The translations under genes and the position numbers were made by a program. DNA of 64,000 nt from Candidatus Aenigmatarchaeota archaeon (GTDB lineage: Archaea; Aenigmatarchaeota; Aenigmatarchaeia; QMZP01; JAFGSV01). The DNA lies in contig JAFGFG010000009.1 in the NCBI GenBank assembly GCA_016931255.1, positions 24,543 to 88,542 of the forward strand. Direction: 5' to 3'. Below the pieces are notes generated by a model that saw only the letters and a list, made by a program, of their open reading frames with translations, was not told where the DNA came from and made no database searches. Position 1 is the stretch's first letter. Each line of letters starts with the position of its first letter. This document shows, in pieces, positions 46,601 through 56,359 of the stretch.

Positions 46601-47428
46601 TCAGAACAGTTCCGGGTATGCGCTTCTTACTTCCTGCAGGAAAACAAGAGGCGGATGGACGCCAAGCTCCGATATCACAGCTGTCACAGCCTCGTGATGC
46701 ACTCCCTCGAAAGCGAGATTCATGACAGTCACCCCTTTTGGTGCTCCCGGCCATACCTCTTTCGCTTCGCGCCTTTCAACAGGTTCCTTCCTGCCGAAGA
46801 CTGTCACAGGGTCATACTTCCAGGAATCAGTGCAGCAGTACGTGTCCGTGTCATGCTTGTTGGCTATCTCTGCAAACATCTCTGTGCCTATCTTGTTGAA
46901 TATTCTTCCCTCGCTGGTTATGGCATCAGCACCGAAAAGGAATATATCCGCATCCTTCAGGGCTATCCTTCCGCCTGAATCAACGAAATGCGTTACAGGA
47001 ATCTTCAGCGCAGCCAGCTCTTTTGCAGTTTTTCTTCCCTGAAGGAGAGGCCTGGTCTCCGTGTTGTAGACCTCGAACTTCTTTCCCTGGCGCTTTGCCT
47101 CTTTGAGTATTTCTATCACATTAGAAGAATGACAGTGCGTAAATACTTTCATACCATTCTCGATCTTTCTGGAACCGTATTCTGCGATTTTCTTTTTGGA
47201 ATCCCTTAGATGGCTCAGCGCAGCCGGACCGAGGTTCTTGGGGTTTGATTTCGCAAAAAGTATGGCGTTCCTCAGCGCGGGCTCTGTCGGCCTGAGGGAA
47301 ATGAGCTTTTCAATGGACTTCCTGTCGCTTCTGAGCATGAGTGCCCTGACAGCGGCTTTGGCGATATTCTGCGCTCCCTGTATCTTCACTGTGGTGATGT
47401 CGCGGCATATCTGCTCGAATTCTCCCAT
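46601..47428 (-). CDS. ribose-1,5-bisphosphate isomerase (eIF2B-like)
   Basis: IQGA, RPTEPALRN, THCHSS, TETRP, GADAI, NKIGT; first gene of the AMP-pathway operon. Confidence 0.92.
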   Translation of the reverse strand: MGEFEQICRDITTVKIQGAQNIAKAAVRALMLRSDRKSIEKLISLRPTEPALRNAILFAKSNPKNLGPAALSHLRDSKKKIAEYGSRKIENGMKVFTHCHSSNVIEILKEAKRQGKKFEVYNTETRPLLQGRKTAKELAALKIPVTHFVDSGGRIALKDADIFLFGADAITSEGRIFNKIGTEMFAEIANKHDTDTYCCTDSWKYDPVTVFGRKEPVERREAKEVWPGAPKGVTVMNLAFEGVHHEAVTAVISELGVHPPLVFLQEVRSAYPELF

Positions 47429-47469
47429 ATAATTAATTTAAAACTCCTTCTATTAATTTAGGATACCGT

Positions 47470-47576
47470 GCGGAGATGGCCGAATGGCTCAGGCGATCGG
47501 CTGCAAGCGGTATGTATGCGTATTCGCCGATACCGTTAGAAACCGGTTCAAGGGGGTTCGATTCCCTCTCTCCGCT
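47470..47576 (+). tRNA. tRNA-Cys(GCA) with 35-nt intron at 37/38 (47507-47541); CCA not encoded
   Basis: Acceptor GCGGAGA/TCTCCGC, anticodon stem ATCGG/CCGGT, CT-GCA-A loop, TTCGATT T-loop, U discriminator. Confidence 0.9.
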
Positions 47577-47607
47577 CTTTTTACTTTCTAGCGGTTTCAA
47601 AAAATAT

Positions 47608-48546
47608 TTAATCTCTTATGCCTTCCGTCAGCACCCTGAAGACTGATTCTCCCTCCGGAAGTGATGGAGAGTCTATAAGCCTTGCAATCCTCTTGTCACC
47701 CTTGGACTTGCGAAGGTACACACGGAATGTTGCCAGATGGCCCAGGATGTGGCCGCCTATCGGAGCAGTCGGGTCTCCGAACATTATGTCAGGCCTTGAC
47801 ATTACCTGGTTGGTTATGTAGATTGCAGCATTGTAGACATCAGCCATCTTCTGGAGCTGGTGGAGATGCCTGTTAAGCTTCTGCTGCCTGTCTGCGAGTG
47901 TTCCGCGTCCTGTGTAGTCTGAACGGAATGCTGATGTTATGGAGTCGACAATGATTAACTTTACATCACCGTTCTTGAGAAGGTCTTCCGACTTCTCTGC
48001 AAGTATCACCTGATGGTCGCTGTTGTAAGCCTTAGCGACATATATGTTTTTGAGGACTGTTTCAGGATTCATCTTCAGGCTTTCAGCCATCTGCTTTATC
48101 CTTTCGGGCCTGAATGTGCCCTCGGTGTCTATGAAAACAGCCTTTGCGCCAAGGCCGCCCTTGTCCTTCGGGAGCTGCACATTGACCGCGAGCTGGAGCC
48201 CTATCTGCGATTTTCCGGAACCGAATGCGCCGTGCATCTCAGTTATTGCCTGTGTCTCAATGCCTCCTCCAAGCATCTTGTCAAGGTCTGCCGAGCCTGT
48301 TGTAATCCTTTTCATTTCCTTTCGTTTTTTCATCACTTCAGTTGCAGGCTCGAATCCCATCTTGAGCTTCGACCTTGCGTCAGCGATTATTTTGGCTGCT
48401 GTGTCATTGCCTATTCCGGCAGCTGCTGAGAGAGTTCCTGATGAAGAAGCAGCTATGCTCATCAGGTCTGTGAAGCCTGCTTCCTTGAGCTTTTCAGCTG
48501 TCTTCTCACCGATACCGTTCACATCTTCAATCTGGGATTCAGTCAT
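47608..48546 (-). CDS. radA: DNA repair and recombination protein RadA
   Basis: [41 protein letters not shown]. Confidence 0.97.
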   Translation of the reverse strand: MTESQIEDVNGIGEKTAEKLKEAGFTDLMSIAASSSGTLSAAAGIGNDTAAKIIADARSKLKMGFEPATEVMKKRKEMKRITTGSADLDKMLGGGIETQAITEMHGAFGSGKSQIGLQLAVNVQLPKDKGGLGAKAVFIDTEGTFRPERIKQMAESLKMNPETVLKNIYVAKAYNSDHQVILAEKSEDLLKNGDVKLIIVDSITSAFRSDYTGRGTLADRQQKLNRHLHQLQKMADVYNAAIYITNQVMSRPDIMFGDPTAPIGGHILGHLATFRVYLRKSKGDKRIARLIDSPSLPEGESVFRVLTEGIRD

Positions 48547-48619
48547 CAAAACACCTTAGCAAATATTTCAATCGAGGTTTTATAAAAATGTCATCAGTTG
48601 TTGTTTTTGACCATGTCAA

Positions 48620-49660
48620 CTAAGACAGCGACGCCAGAATCCTCTGGCATTCTTCCTTTACATTGACCTCTGAAACATTATTGGCAACTATCTCAATCTC
48701 CTTGCTGAAATCGTTCATCTTTGCCCTTCCCTCAATCATGTACTCCTTCCCGAGGTTGCTGAATGCGGTCCAGAATTCATCACCATCGGAAGCATACTTC
48801 TCCTTGACTTCCTCGGGCTTCATGCCGAATAGCTTCTCTGCCTGATCCCTGAACATCACTGCTCGTATGTTGCCTGAGCCGTCATCGAACACGCCTGTTA
48901 TCAGCAGCGTATAGAGAGGAGTGACATTTCCGTGCTCATTGCATATATATCCGTTTTCCACTTCCTTTATTCTTGCGCCGCACTTTGAGCATACTTCGAA
49001 GAAAGGCTTCTTCTTGTAAACCTGCATAAGGCAGCCCTTGATCATGACATTCATGCCCTCCTGGACATCCTTTATCAGAACCCTTTCTGACGGAACCTGA
49101 GGATACCTTGATGAGCCGGGATTGCCTTCAGTATGCGGCTGTTCGTTCTCTGCAGGAGCTTCTCCGGCTTCGACAATCTCTATTTTGCTTCTCTTGCTGA
49201 GCCTCAGTTCTGTTCCGTCTTTGTAATTGTCTTTCTTGGACCATGCGCCTGTAACCTTTATCAGGTTGTTCTTCCTCAGTCCAATGGATGATATGAGCTT
49301 CACTTCATCATTCCATAACGGAAGGCGTATTGTGCCGGTTTCATCCGCGAGTATCATGCTCTGGACTGTTCCGGTCTTCCCGTTCCTCTCAAATCCCTTT
49401 TCCTCGAAAACAGCAGAAATCCTTGCGACTATGTCGACATTCCTCATATCAGGCACTACATTGGCAATCTTCAGTTCCCTGTTGCCGTTCTCCCTGACAA
49501 GCTCGACTCCGAGCTCTCTTCCGACAATGTAGGCTGCTCCTTCCTCTGACACGAGATCGGAAAGCTCTGTCTGTTTGTCTTTTATCAAAACCCTTATTTC
49601 ATCAACTGTTTTGCCGGACTTGCCTGATATTTCTTCTATCAACTCTTCCAAAGAAAGCAT
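48620..49660 (-). CDS. replication protein A-like OB-fold protein with Zn finger
   Basis: LVSEEGAAYIV N-terminus, ADETGTIRLPLWN, CSKC...CNEHG, DDGSGNIRAV. Confidence 0.85.
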   Translation of the reverse strand: MLSLEELIEEISGKSGKTVDEIRVLIKDKQTELSDLVSEEGAAYIVGRELGVELVRENGNRELKIANVVPDMRNVDIVARISAVFEEKGFERNGKTGTVQSMILADETGTIRLPLWNDEVKLISSIGLRKNNLIKVTGAWSKKDNYKDGTELRLSKRSKIEIVEAGEAPAENEQPHTEGNPGSSRYPQVPSERVLIKDVQEGMNVMIKGCLMQVYKKKPFFEVCSKCGARIKEVENGYICNEHGNVTPLYTLLITGVFDDGSGNIRAVMFRDQAEKLFGMKPEEVKEKYASDGDEFWTAFSNLGKEYMIEGRAKMNDFSKEIEIVANNVSEVNVKEECQRILASLS

Positions 49661-49713
49661 GACTATTTGATGTACTTTAGATTTAAATGATTTCACTGTT
49701 CAAACCTTAATTA

Positions 49714-50619
49714 ATGAAACTATCCAATAATCAAAGGATAGGCATGCACTCGATATACGAAAAAATTTCAAAGGCATCTTTTGGCTGGCTTGTCGAGAAA
49801 AACATTGAAAGTTTCGAGCCCCTGAAACAGCATATAAGAGGGGCCAGAATAAATGTTCTGCTAAAGACATGGGTGAGCATGACATTCTTCACATCAGCTC
49901 TTGTTTACATTATATCACTTGCCTTTATGCTGATTTTAGGAATGTTCGTTGATGTGTTTTTCCTTCTGTACATGGTCATGGTTGTATTCGTTCCTGTGCT
50001 TGTTGCATCATTCACATTCCTGTTTTTCTATGTATATCCCATACAGAAGGCCAAGAGTCGTGCGAATTCCATTGAGAACAACCTGCCTTTTGCTATAACT
50101 CACATGTCCGCAACGTCGTCATCAGGCATACCGCCTGAATTCATGTTCAGCCTTATAGCAGGTTTCACTGAATACGGGGAAATTTCCAAGGAGGCCCAGA
50201 TGGTTGTGAAAAACATAAAGACATTCGGTGCTTCCAGCGTATCGGCCATGAAGACAGTAGCGTCACAGACACCTTCCAAAGAGTTCAGGAACATACTCCT
50301 CGGCATAAGCGCCACCATAGAGACAGGCGGAAACCTTTCCGCATACCTCAAGGAGATGTCAGACAAGGCACTGTTCGATTACAGGATAAAGAGGGAGAAA
50401 TACCTCAAGACACTTTCCACGTACGCTGACATATACACAGCTCTTCTTGTGGCTGCCCCACTCTTCCTCCTTTCAACTATGGCCACGATGAGCATTATAG
50501 GAGGGGATGTGATGGGTTTCAGCACTTCTGAAATAGTTACCATAATGACATGGGCCATACTTCCTGTGTTGAATGTGTCATTCCTAGCATTCATTCATGT
50601 GACCTATCCGGGTGTGTAA
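49714..50619 (+). CDS. type II secretion F / TadB-C family pilus platform protein
   Basis: IENNLPFAITHM, YGEISKE, TGGNLSAYL; start uncertain. Confidence 0.88.
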   Translation: MKLSNNQRIGMHSIYEKISKASFGWLVEKNIESFEPLKQHIRGARINVLLKTWVSMTFFTSALVYIISLAFMLILGMFVDVFFLLYMVMVVFVPVLVASFTFLFFYVYPIQKAKSRANSIENNLPFAITHMSATSSSGIPPEFMFSLIAGFTEYGEISKEAQMVVKNIKTFGASSVSAMKTVASQTPSKEFRNILLGISATIETGGNLSAYLKEMSDKALFDYRIKREKYLKTLSTYADIYTALLVAAPLFLLSTMATMSIIGGDVMGFSTSEIVTIMTWAILPVLNVSFLAFIHVTYPGV

Positions 50620-51483
50620 ATGAATATAAGAGAATATCTGATAGAGATCATAAGCGTTGTGATAGGTGCAGCCATAATCGCAGCCAATGTATTATTCTTT
50701 CCGTCTGTTATTCCTGAGGACATATTCGCAATCATCCAGCCAATTATGAACCTGATAGGAGCCCTGATAGCCATAGTGCCGCCTGTTCTCATAATATACG
50801 AGAGATACAAGGAGAACAAGGACATGGAGGCAAACTTCACTGTGTTCATATCAGACTTCACAGAGGCAATAGACTCGGGAATGACACTTCCCATGGCACT
50901 GAAATACTGTGGCAACAGGGACTATGGAATTCTCACCAAGCACATAAAGAACATCACTTCACAGGTTGACTGGGGCGTACCTTTCAGGGAGGCACTCAGG
51001 CTGTTTTCAAAGAACGTAAAATCCCTTCCCATAAAGAGGGCAATAACAACCATAATAGAGACCTATAAGGTTGGCGGGAAGATTTCAGACACACTGAAGG
51101 CAGTTGGCGAGAGCCTGCTTGAGATAAACAAGATAAAGGCTGAGAGGTCTGTCTCTGTCCAGTCGCAGATACTGACATCGTACCTCATTTTCTTTGTTTT
51201 CATATTCATTCTCGTCATACTGCAGAGCTTCCTGATACCGGCACTCACACCAAAAGGTGATGTAACAGGCATCACATCGCTGAGTGGAACCAGTACCCCG
51301 GAGATGTTCCCTCCTGAGATATTCATAAACTTCATACTTGTGCAGGGATTCTTCGCAGGACTTGCAACAGGAAAGATGGCTGAAGGCTCTGTAATTGCTG
51401 GTATGAAGCATTCGATAGTTCTCATAGTCATAGGATACAGTATATTCTCAATAGCGGCGAATGTGCAGTTCAGCTTCATATGA
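50620..51483 (+). CDS. type II secretion F / TadC family pilus platform protein
   Basis: SGMTLPMAL, DYGILT, WGVPF, GGKISDTL, QGFFAGLATGKM. Confidence 0.9.
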   Translation: MNIREYLIEIISVVIGAAIIAANVLFFPSVIPEDIFAIIQPIMNLIGALIAIVPPVLIIYERYKENKDMEANFTVFISDFTEAIDSGMTLPMALKYCGNRDYGILTKHIKNITSQVDWGVPFREALRLFSKNVKSLPIKRAITTIIETYKVGGKISDTLKAVGESLLEINKIKAERSVSVQSQILTSYLIFFVFIFILVILQSFLIPALTPKGDVTGITSLSGTSTPEMFPPEIFINFILVQGFFAGLATGKMAEGSVIAGMKHSIVLIVIGYSIFSIAANVQFSFI

Positions 51484-51513
51484 TATTTAAGATTCTGAAA
51501 GGAAAACTATAAC

Positions 51514-51948
51514 ATGGTGCGGAAAGGGATATCACCAGTTGTGGCGGTTGTCATACTCATTGCGATTGCCGTTATGATAGGAGGCATGGTCTCTTCCTGG
51601 GTCAGTTCCTTCGTTACTGATAACACTGCTCATGACGACTGTGGTATAAAGACACTGTATTCCCTGAGTGATGCAACCATCAATGAAACGAGCGGGGAAA
51701 TAAAGCTCAAGCTCAAGAACATCGGGAGCCTTCCTGTCTACGGCTTCAGCATTGAGGTTGACAACGGAACCACATTCGGCGTCTTTGAAGCTACATATCC
51801 TGATGCCAACTATACAGTAAGCCCCGGTGAAACGCAGTACATAATAACCAACACGACTTACAATATCACCAATGTGGAAAAACTGACAGTCAAAACAGTC
51901 GCGTGTAGTGGTTATGCTCCGACGCACGCCAATATCGTAAATCTTTAA
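51514..51948 (+). CDS. archaeal type IV pilin
   Basis: RKG|ISPVVAVVILIAIAV canonical class III signal. Confidence 0.9.
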   Translation: MVRKGISPVVAVVILIAIAVMIGGMVSSWVSSFVTDNTAHDDCGIKTLYSLSDATINETSGEIKLKLKNIGSLPVYGFSIEVDNGTTFGVFEATYPDANYTVSPGETQYIITNTTYNITNVEKLTVKTVACSGYAPTHANIVNL

Positions 51949-51983
51949 AAGCAGTTCGAATCAATAATAAAAAGGGTAGAGAA

Positions 51984-52418
51984 ATGAGAAAACAAAAAGG
52001 TATATCTCCACTGGTCGCAGTTATAATGCTTATAGCATTCACAATGATTGTTGCTGGTATTCTTGCAGGATGGGCAACACGTTTCGCCACCGAACAGAGG
52101 GCAACACTTGAGAAATGCGTCAGGGCAAATCTCGTAATCAAGAAGGCAATTTATGACACAGTTGACGGGAACGTGAGTCTCATGCTATACAATGCTGGCA
52201 CAGTCCCTCTGAAGGATTTCATGGTTCAGGTTACTTATGACGACACAGGACCGCTCATGCCCGAAACATGGAATATACAGACCACACTCGGAGCCAATGC
52301 TTTCGAAACATTCACGCACAATATCAGCAGTTCCAGCATAGAGTTTGTGGAAGTAAGGTCAATCGAGTGCCAGGGCGCTTATGACCTTCTAAGAGGATAC
52401 GACATTGTAATAAGCTGA
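51984..52418 (+). CDS. archaeal type IV pilin
   Basis: QKG|ISPLVAVIMLIAFTM canonical class III signal. Confidence 0.9.
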   Translation: MRKQKGISPLVAVIMLIAFTMIVAGILAGWATRFATEQRATLEKCVRANLVIKKAIYDTVDGNVSLMLYNAGTVPLKDFMVQVTYDDTGPLMPETWNIQTTLGANAFETFTHNISSSSIEFVEVRSIECQGAYDLLRGYDIVIS

Positions 52419-52422
52419 AATC

Positions 52423-54129
52423 TCATACAGATTTGAGACCAGTGACAAAGCCTCTCAGTTTCTTGGATTTTGTCTTGGCTTCATAAGGATGAATATCCTT
52501 CTTGACCCATTTCATGATGGTTTCAGGGTCTTTGTAGTACATGTGTATGAATTCAGCCACATTGTCGTACTTGGTGACATCATGTCTCTGCATCCATTCA
52601 AGAACCTTCTTTCTGTTCTGCAGTTCCTCTGTTATTTTCTGGTAGTTCATGCCCTTCTCGAATGATATCTTTCTGAGCAGTTCTGATTCGGATTTATGGT
52701 CTTCGAACTTGTCAGCAGCAGGGTCCCATGTGAAGCTTTTCAGCGTCTTTGCGCGCCCGGTTTCACTGTCAACGCTCTGTATCTCGACAACTTCCTTTAT
52801 CCTTCTCGCTGACTCCCCCCTTTCCTTGGACTTTATCATGACTATCAGAAGGTCAAGTGATTCAACAAGGCTTGGGGATATCTCTATCGGCGGTGTTTCG
52901 AGCCTTTTTATGACATCCTCAACGGAACCGGCGTGTATTGTGCCTATGCTTGGGTGGCCGGATGCCATTCCCTGAAACATGACGTATGCCTCTTTTCCCC
53001 TGACCTCACCGACTATCACATAATCAGGGTTCTGCCTGAATGATTCCTTGAGAAGTTCGAAAAGCGTTACCTCGCCATACCTCAGTCCTGATGCATCAGG
53101 AACCCCGAATCCTGTCCTTGAGACAGCGGGAATCCAGTTTTCATGCGGAAGGTTAAGCTCTCTTGTGTCTTCTATTGAAACTATCTTTGAACCAGGAGGT
53201 ATGAAAAGCGTTATGGCGTTCAGGAGACTGGTCTTTCCGGTGCTGACACCGCCGCATGTGAGTATCGACACACCTGCCTGCATTACAAGCCACATGTATG
53301 ACATGACATCAGCGCTTGCTGTTCCAAGGTTCATCAGTTCAATTGGGGAAAGTGGGTACTTCCTGAACCTTCTTATGGAGAATGTTGGCCCTTTTGTGGT
53401 GACGTCTTTTGCAAGGGATGCCTGAACCCTTGACCCGTCAGGCAGCGAACCGTCCAGAAGCGGCCTCGCATAAGATATGTAACGTCCGCATCTCTCTGAG
53501 AGCTTTACCACGAAATTATTCAGCAGGTCTATGTCTTTGAAAGTAATATTGGTCTCCACTGAGCCAAATCTCTTGTGCACAACAAATATGGGGCTGTTTA
53601 TTCCGTTACACCCTATGTCCTCTATGTAGGGATCGTGCATCATAGGTTCTATCTCATTCAGCCCTACAAAATCCCTGAATATGAAATACATCACATTTAT
53701 GTACTGTTTGTTCGTCAGCTTCATGTTCTCATCAGAGATGATTATGTTTACTTTCTCCTCAAGATACTCGATTGTCTTTCCCTTTTCCCTGAGACCTGTG
53801 AGGTCAATATCTATCATCTCGACTATATCGGACTTTATCTTGGCCAGAATATCCTTCTCAACGATTGTCAGTTTGGGCTCCTTTATTTCATAGAAGAGCA
53901 TCTTCTTTTCCTTGTCCCATCTGATATTGGCAGAAGCAAGCGGCTGCAGTAACGGGTATGAAATATTGAGTTCGCGTGCATTCTTCACTTTCGGCAGTTC
54001 TATGAGGTAAGCAGGCTCGCTGATAAAGAATTTAGGATATTTCCTCTCATTTTCCTTATTGAACAAGTTTTTGATGTCTTTCAGTGATTTCACTTCTTTC
54101 AGAAACTTGAAATCAGCGAACGATACCAT
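52423..54129 (-). CDS. type II/IV secretion / pilus assembly ATPase
   Basis: DPYIEDI, LPDGSRV, GGVSTGKT, SIEDTRE, RQNPDYVIVGEVRG, TIHA. Confidence 0.95.
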   Translation of the reverse strand: MVSFADFKFLKEVKSLKDIKNLFNKENERKYPKFFISEPAYLIELPKVKNARELNISYPLLQPLASANIRWDKEKKMLFYEIKEPKLTIVEKDILAKIKSDIVEMIDIDLTGLREKGKTIEYLEEKVNIIISDENMKLTNKQYINVMYFIFRDFVGLNEIEPMMHDPYIEDIGCNGINSPIFVVHKRFGSVETNITFKDIDLLNNFVVKLSERCGRYISYARPLLDGSLPDGSRVQASLAKDVTTKGPTFSIRRFRKYPLSPIELMNLGTASADVMSYMWLVMQAGVSILTCGGVSTGKTSLLNAITLFIPPGSKIVSIEDTRELNLPHENWIPAVSRTGFGVPDASGLRYGEVTLFELLKESFRQNPDYVIVGEVRGKEAYVMFQGMASGHPSIGTIHAGSVEDVIKRLETPPIEISPSLVESLDLLIVMIKSKERGESARRIKEVVEIQSVDSETGRAKTLKSFTWDPAADKFEDHKSESELLRKISFEKGMNYQKITEELQNRKKVLEWMQRHDVTKYDNVAEFIHMYYKDPETIMKWVKKDIHPYEAKTKSKKLRGFVTGLKSV

Positions 54130-54131
54130 AG

Positions 54132-54395
54132 TTACCTTTTCTTTCTTCTAACGATGTGCCTGTGCCTTGCGCAGCCCGGGCAAGCATGCATTTTGTTGCT
54201 CAGCAGTGATATTCCTCTTCCCCTGTTGCCAAGCTCTTCCTTCAGTTGCGGGTCAGTTATCCTGAAGCCTCGTACAACTGTGAATGTCTTGTATTTCGGG
54301 ACCTTTGTGCCACAGAATGTGCATGTAACAGTACTTTCCTTTCCTCTTCCCTTTCCGTGTTTCCATCCTCTTGTATATCCCTTGTTTACTGGCAT
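54132..54395 (-). CDS. rps26e: 30S ribosomal protein S26e
   Basis: GKGRG..TVTCTFCGTKVPKYK...HACPGCARHRHIVR matches the eS26 Zn-finger pattern; GAGGTG RBS. Confidence 0.8.
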   Translation of the reverse strand: MPVNKGYTRGWKHGKGRGKESTVTCTFCGTKVPKYKTFTVVRGFRITDPQLKEELGNRGRGISLLSNKMHACPGCARHRHIVRRKKR

Positions 54396-54462
54396 TTTTC
54401 CACCTCTTAAACTGTTAATTCTCATTTATTATAAGTGCATATCTTTATTACTTTCGGTTTTT

Positions 54463-55869
54463 TCAGCCCTTTATCACGCCAACAGGCTCAAACCTTGCCA
54501 CCTTGGTGCTTATATCAGCTCCGTGAACAGAATCCACAACTGCCTCTACATCCTTGTATGCAAGAGGGGCTTCCTCTGCAAGGCTCTTGGGATTGGGGCT
54601 TTTCGTCTCAATGCCTCTGCTTGAAAGCTCGTCCTTTATTTTCCCGCCCCAGAATTTCTTTATTGCAGCGTGCCTGCTCATGGCCCTTCCGGCTCCGTGT
54701 GCTGATGAGCCGAATGTCTTGATGAGCGCATTCTCAGTTCCCTGGAGAAGGTAAGAGCTTGTTCCCATGCTGCCTGCTATTATCACAGGCTTGCCCGGAT
54801 ATGAGCGTGTTGCGCCCTTCCTGTGAACATAAAGCTTCCTCTTCTTTCCGTCTATCTTGAATTCCTCGAGTTTGACTATGTTGTGGGCTATCGCATAGAG
54901 TGTATCCATTCCCATCTCTTCCCATGTCCTTCCGAATACCTTTTCGAATACTTCCCTTATCCATTTCGTCATGACAGCCCTGTTGGTGAACGAGAAGTTG
55001 ACAGCTGCCTGCATTGCAGCGAAGAAGTCCTGGCCTTCATCTGAATTGGCGGGTGCGCATGCAAGCTGCTTGTCCGGAAGCCATATGCCGTATTTCTTGA
55101 CAGCCTGCTCCTGTATCTTCAGGTAGTCAGAAGCCACCTGATGGCCGAGGCCCCTTGATCCGCAGTGAAGCATTATCATTGTCTGATTCTTTTTTTCCAG
55201 ACCCCATCTTGTTGCAGCATCTTTATCGATAATATCCGTTACCTTTTGCACCTCAATGAAGTGATTGCCCGCGCCAAGTGTTCCCAGTTGCGGCGCTCCT
55301 CTTTTTTTGGCCATGTCAGATACTTTCGACGGGTCAGCACCTGCCATCATGCCTCCTTCCTCCGTGGCAGCCTTGTCAGCTTTCGTAGCATAACCATTAT
55401 CAATCGCCCAGTCGACACCTCTGGAAAGTACTTCGTCCAGCTGGTCAGCTGACAGCCTGAGCTTCCCCTTTCCGCCAACACCAACAGGTATCTTCGTGAA
55501 GAGCTCGTTAACAAGTTCTTTCTGGCGTTTTTTTACTTCAATGCATGACAGGTTGGTTTTTATCAGGTTTATGCCGCAGTTTATATCAAATCCGCAGAGG
55601 CCGGCTGATATTATGCCTTCATTGACATCGAAAGCGGAAGCAGCTCCCATTGGCAGACCATAGCCCCAGTGCATGTCAGGGAGGCCTACAACAGGAGAAA
55701 TGACTCCTGGAAGGCATGCCACGTTGGTCAGCTGCTCAACAGCTGCATCCTCTATTGCATTAAGTATCTTCTCATTGGCTATTATCATGGCGTCAACCTT
55801 CATTTCCTTTCTCACGGATTTCGGCAGCCTCCATTCAAATTCATTGACCTTTTCAAGCTTTTCCTTCAT
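54463..55869 (-). CDS. rtcB: tRNA-splicing ligase RtcB
   Basis: PDMHWGYG, GFDINCG, GTLGAGNHF, HCGSRG, HRKGAT, HGAGR. Confidence 0.97.
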   Translation of the reverse strand: MKEKLEKVNEFEWRLPKSVRKEMKVDAMIIANEKILNAIEDAAVEQLTNVACLPGVISPVVGLPDMHWGYGLPMGAASAFDVNEGIISAGLCGFDINCGINLIKTNLSCIEVKKRQKELVNELFTKIPVGVGGKGKLRLSADQLDEVLSRGVDWAIDNGYATKADKAATEEGGMMAGADPSKVSDMAKKRGAPQLGTLGAGNHFIEVQKVTDIIDKDAATRWGLEKKNQTMIMLHCGSRGLGHQVASDYLKIQEQAVKKYGIWLPDKQLACAPANSDEGQDFFAAMQAAVNFSFTNRAVMTKWIREVFEKVFGRTWEEMGMDTLYAIAHNIVKLEEFKIDGKKRKLYVHRKGATRSYPGKPVIIAGSMGTSSYLLQGTENALIKTFGSSAHGAGRAMSRHAAIKKFWGGKIKDELSSRGIETKSPNPKSLAEEAPLAYKDVEAVVDSVHGADISTKVARFEPVGVIKG

Positions 55870-55879
55870 AAAATCACCA

Positions 55880-56293
55880 TCATATGTCAAGGCTCACCCT
55901 TGTCATGTAACCTTCCTTAGTTTTCTCGAACTTATATTTGTAGTATGTTACAGCCTTGACAACTGTCTCTCCCATTTCAGCTTCCATATCCTCGCCGAAA
56001 ATAGAAGCCTTCAGATGAGTGTTGTCTATCTCCCGGATTTCAAACTTCGAGAAGAACATGGACTCTATGTCTACGAGCCCTATCAGTTCCTGAAGCCAGT
56101 TTATCATAAGTTCTGCAGTGTCATTCGCAGTGACCTCCACATTGAGTTTTTTCCCGGTTTTTATGTCATCGACCCTGCATATTACAGTGAACATTGCTGA
56201 TGCTGCATTCTCGAACACTTCCTTCAGTGTCTTTCCATACGCCTCGAACATCACATCGGATGTCAGGTCGTCTATGATTCTGTATTTCTTCAT
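55880..56293 (-). CDS. archease
   Basis: TSDVMFEAYG, VKAVTYY, terminal DI; adjacent to rtcB. Confidence 0.92.
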   Translation of the reverse strand: MKKYRIIDDLTSDVMFEAYGKTLKEVFENAASAMFTVICRVDDIKTGKKLNVEVTANDTAELMINWLQELIGLVDIESMFFSKFEIREIDNTHLKASIFGEDMEAEMGETVVKAVTYYKYKFEKTKEGYMTRVSLDI

Positions 56294-56359
56294 ATTCACA
56301 CCATCTTCATTTACTCATTTTTTGTATACCCATTTATTTAAGCGGTCTTATAATTATTT

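Noticed and set aside
47470-47576. tRNA with a long variable arm (Sec/Ser/Leu type)
   Set aside because: The extra sequence lies in the anticodon loop at 37/38 as an intron; GCA anticodon and U discriminator indicate Cys
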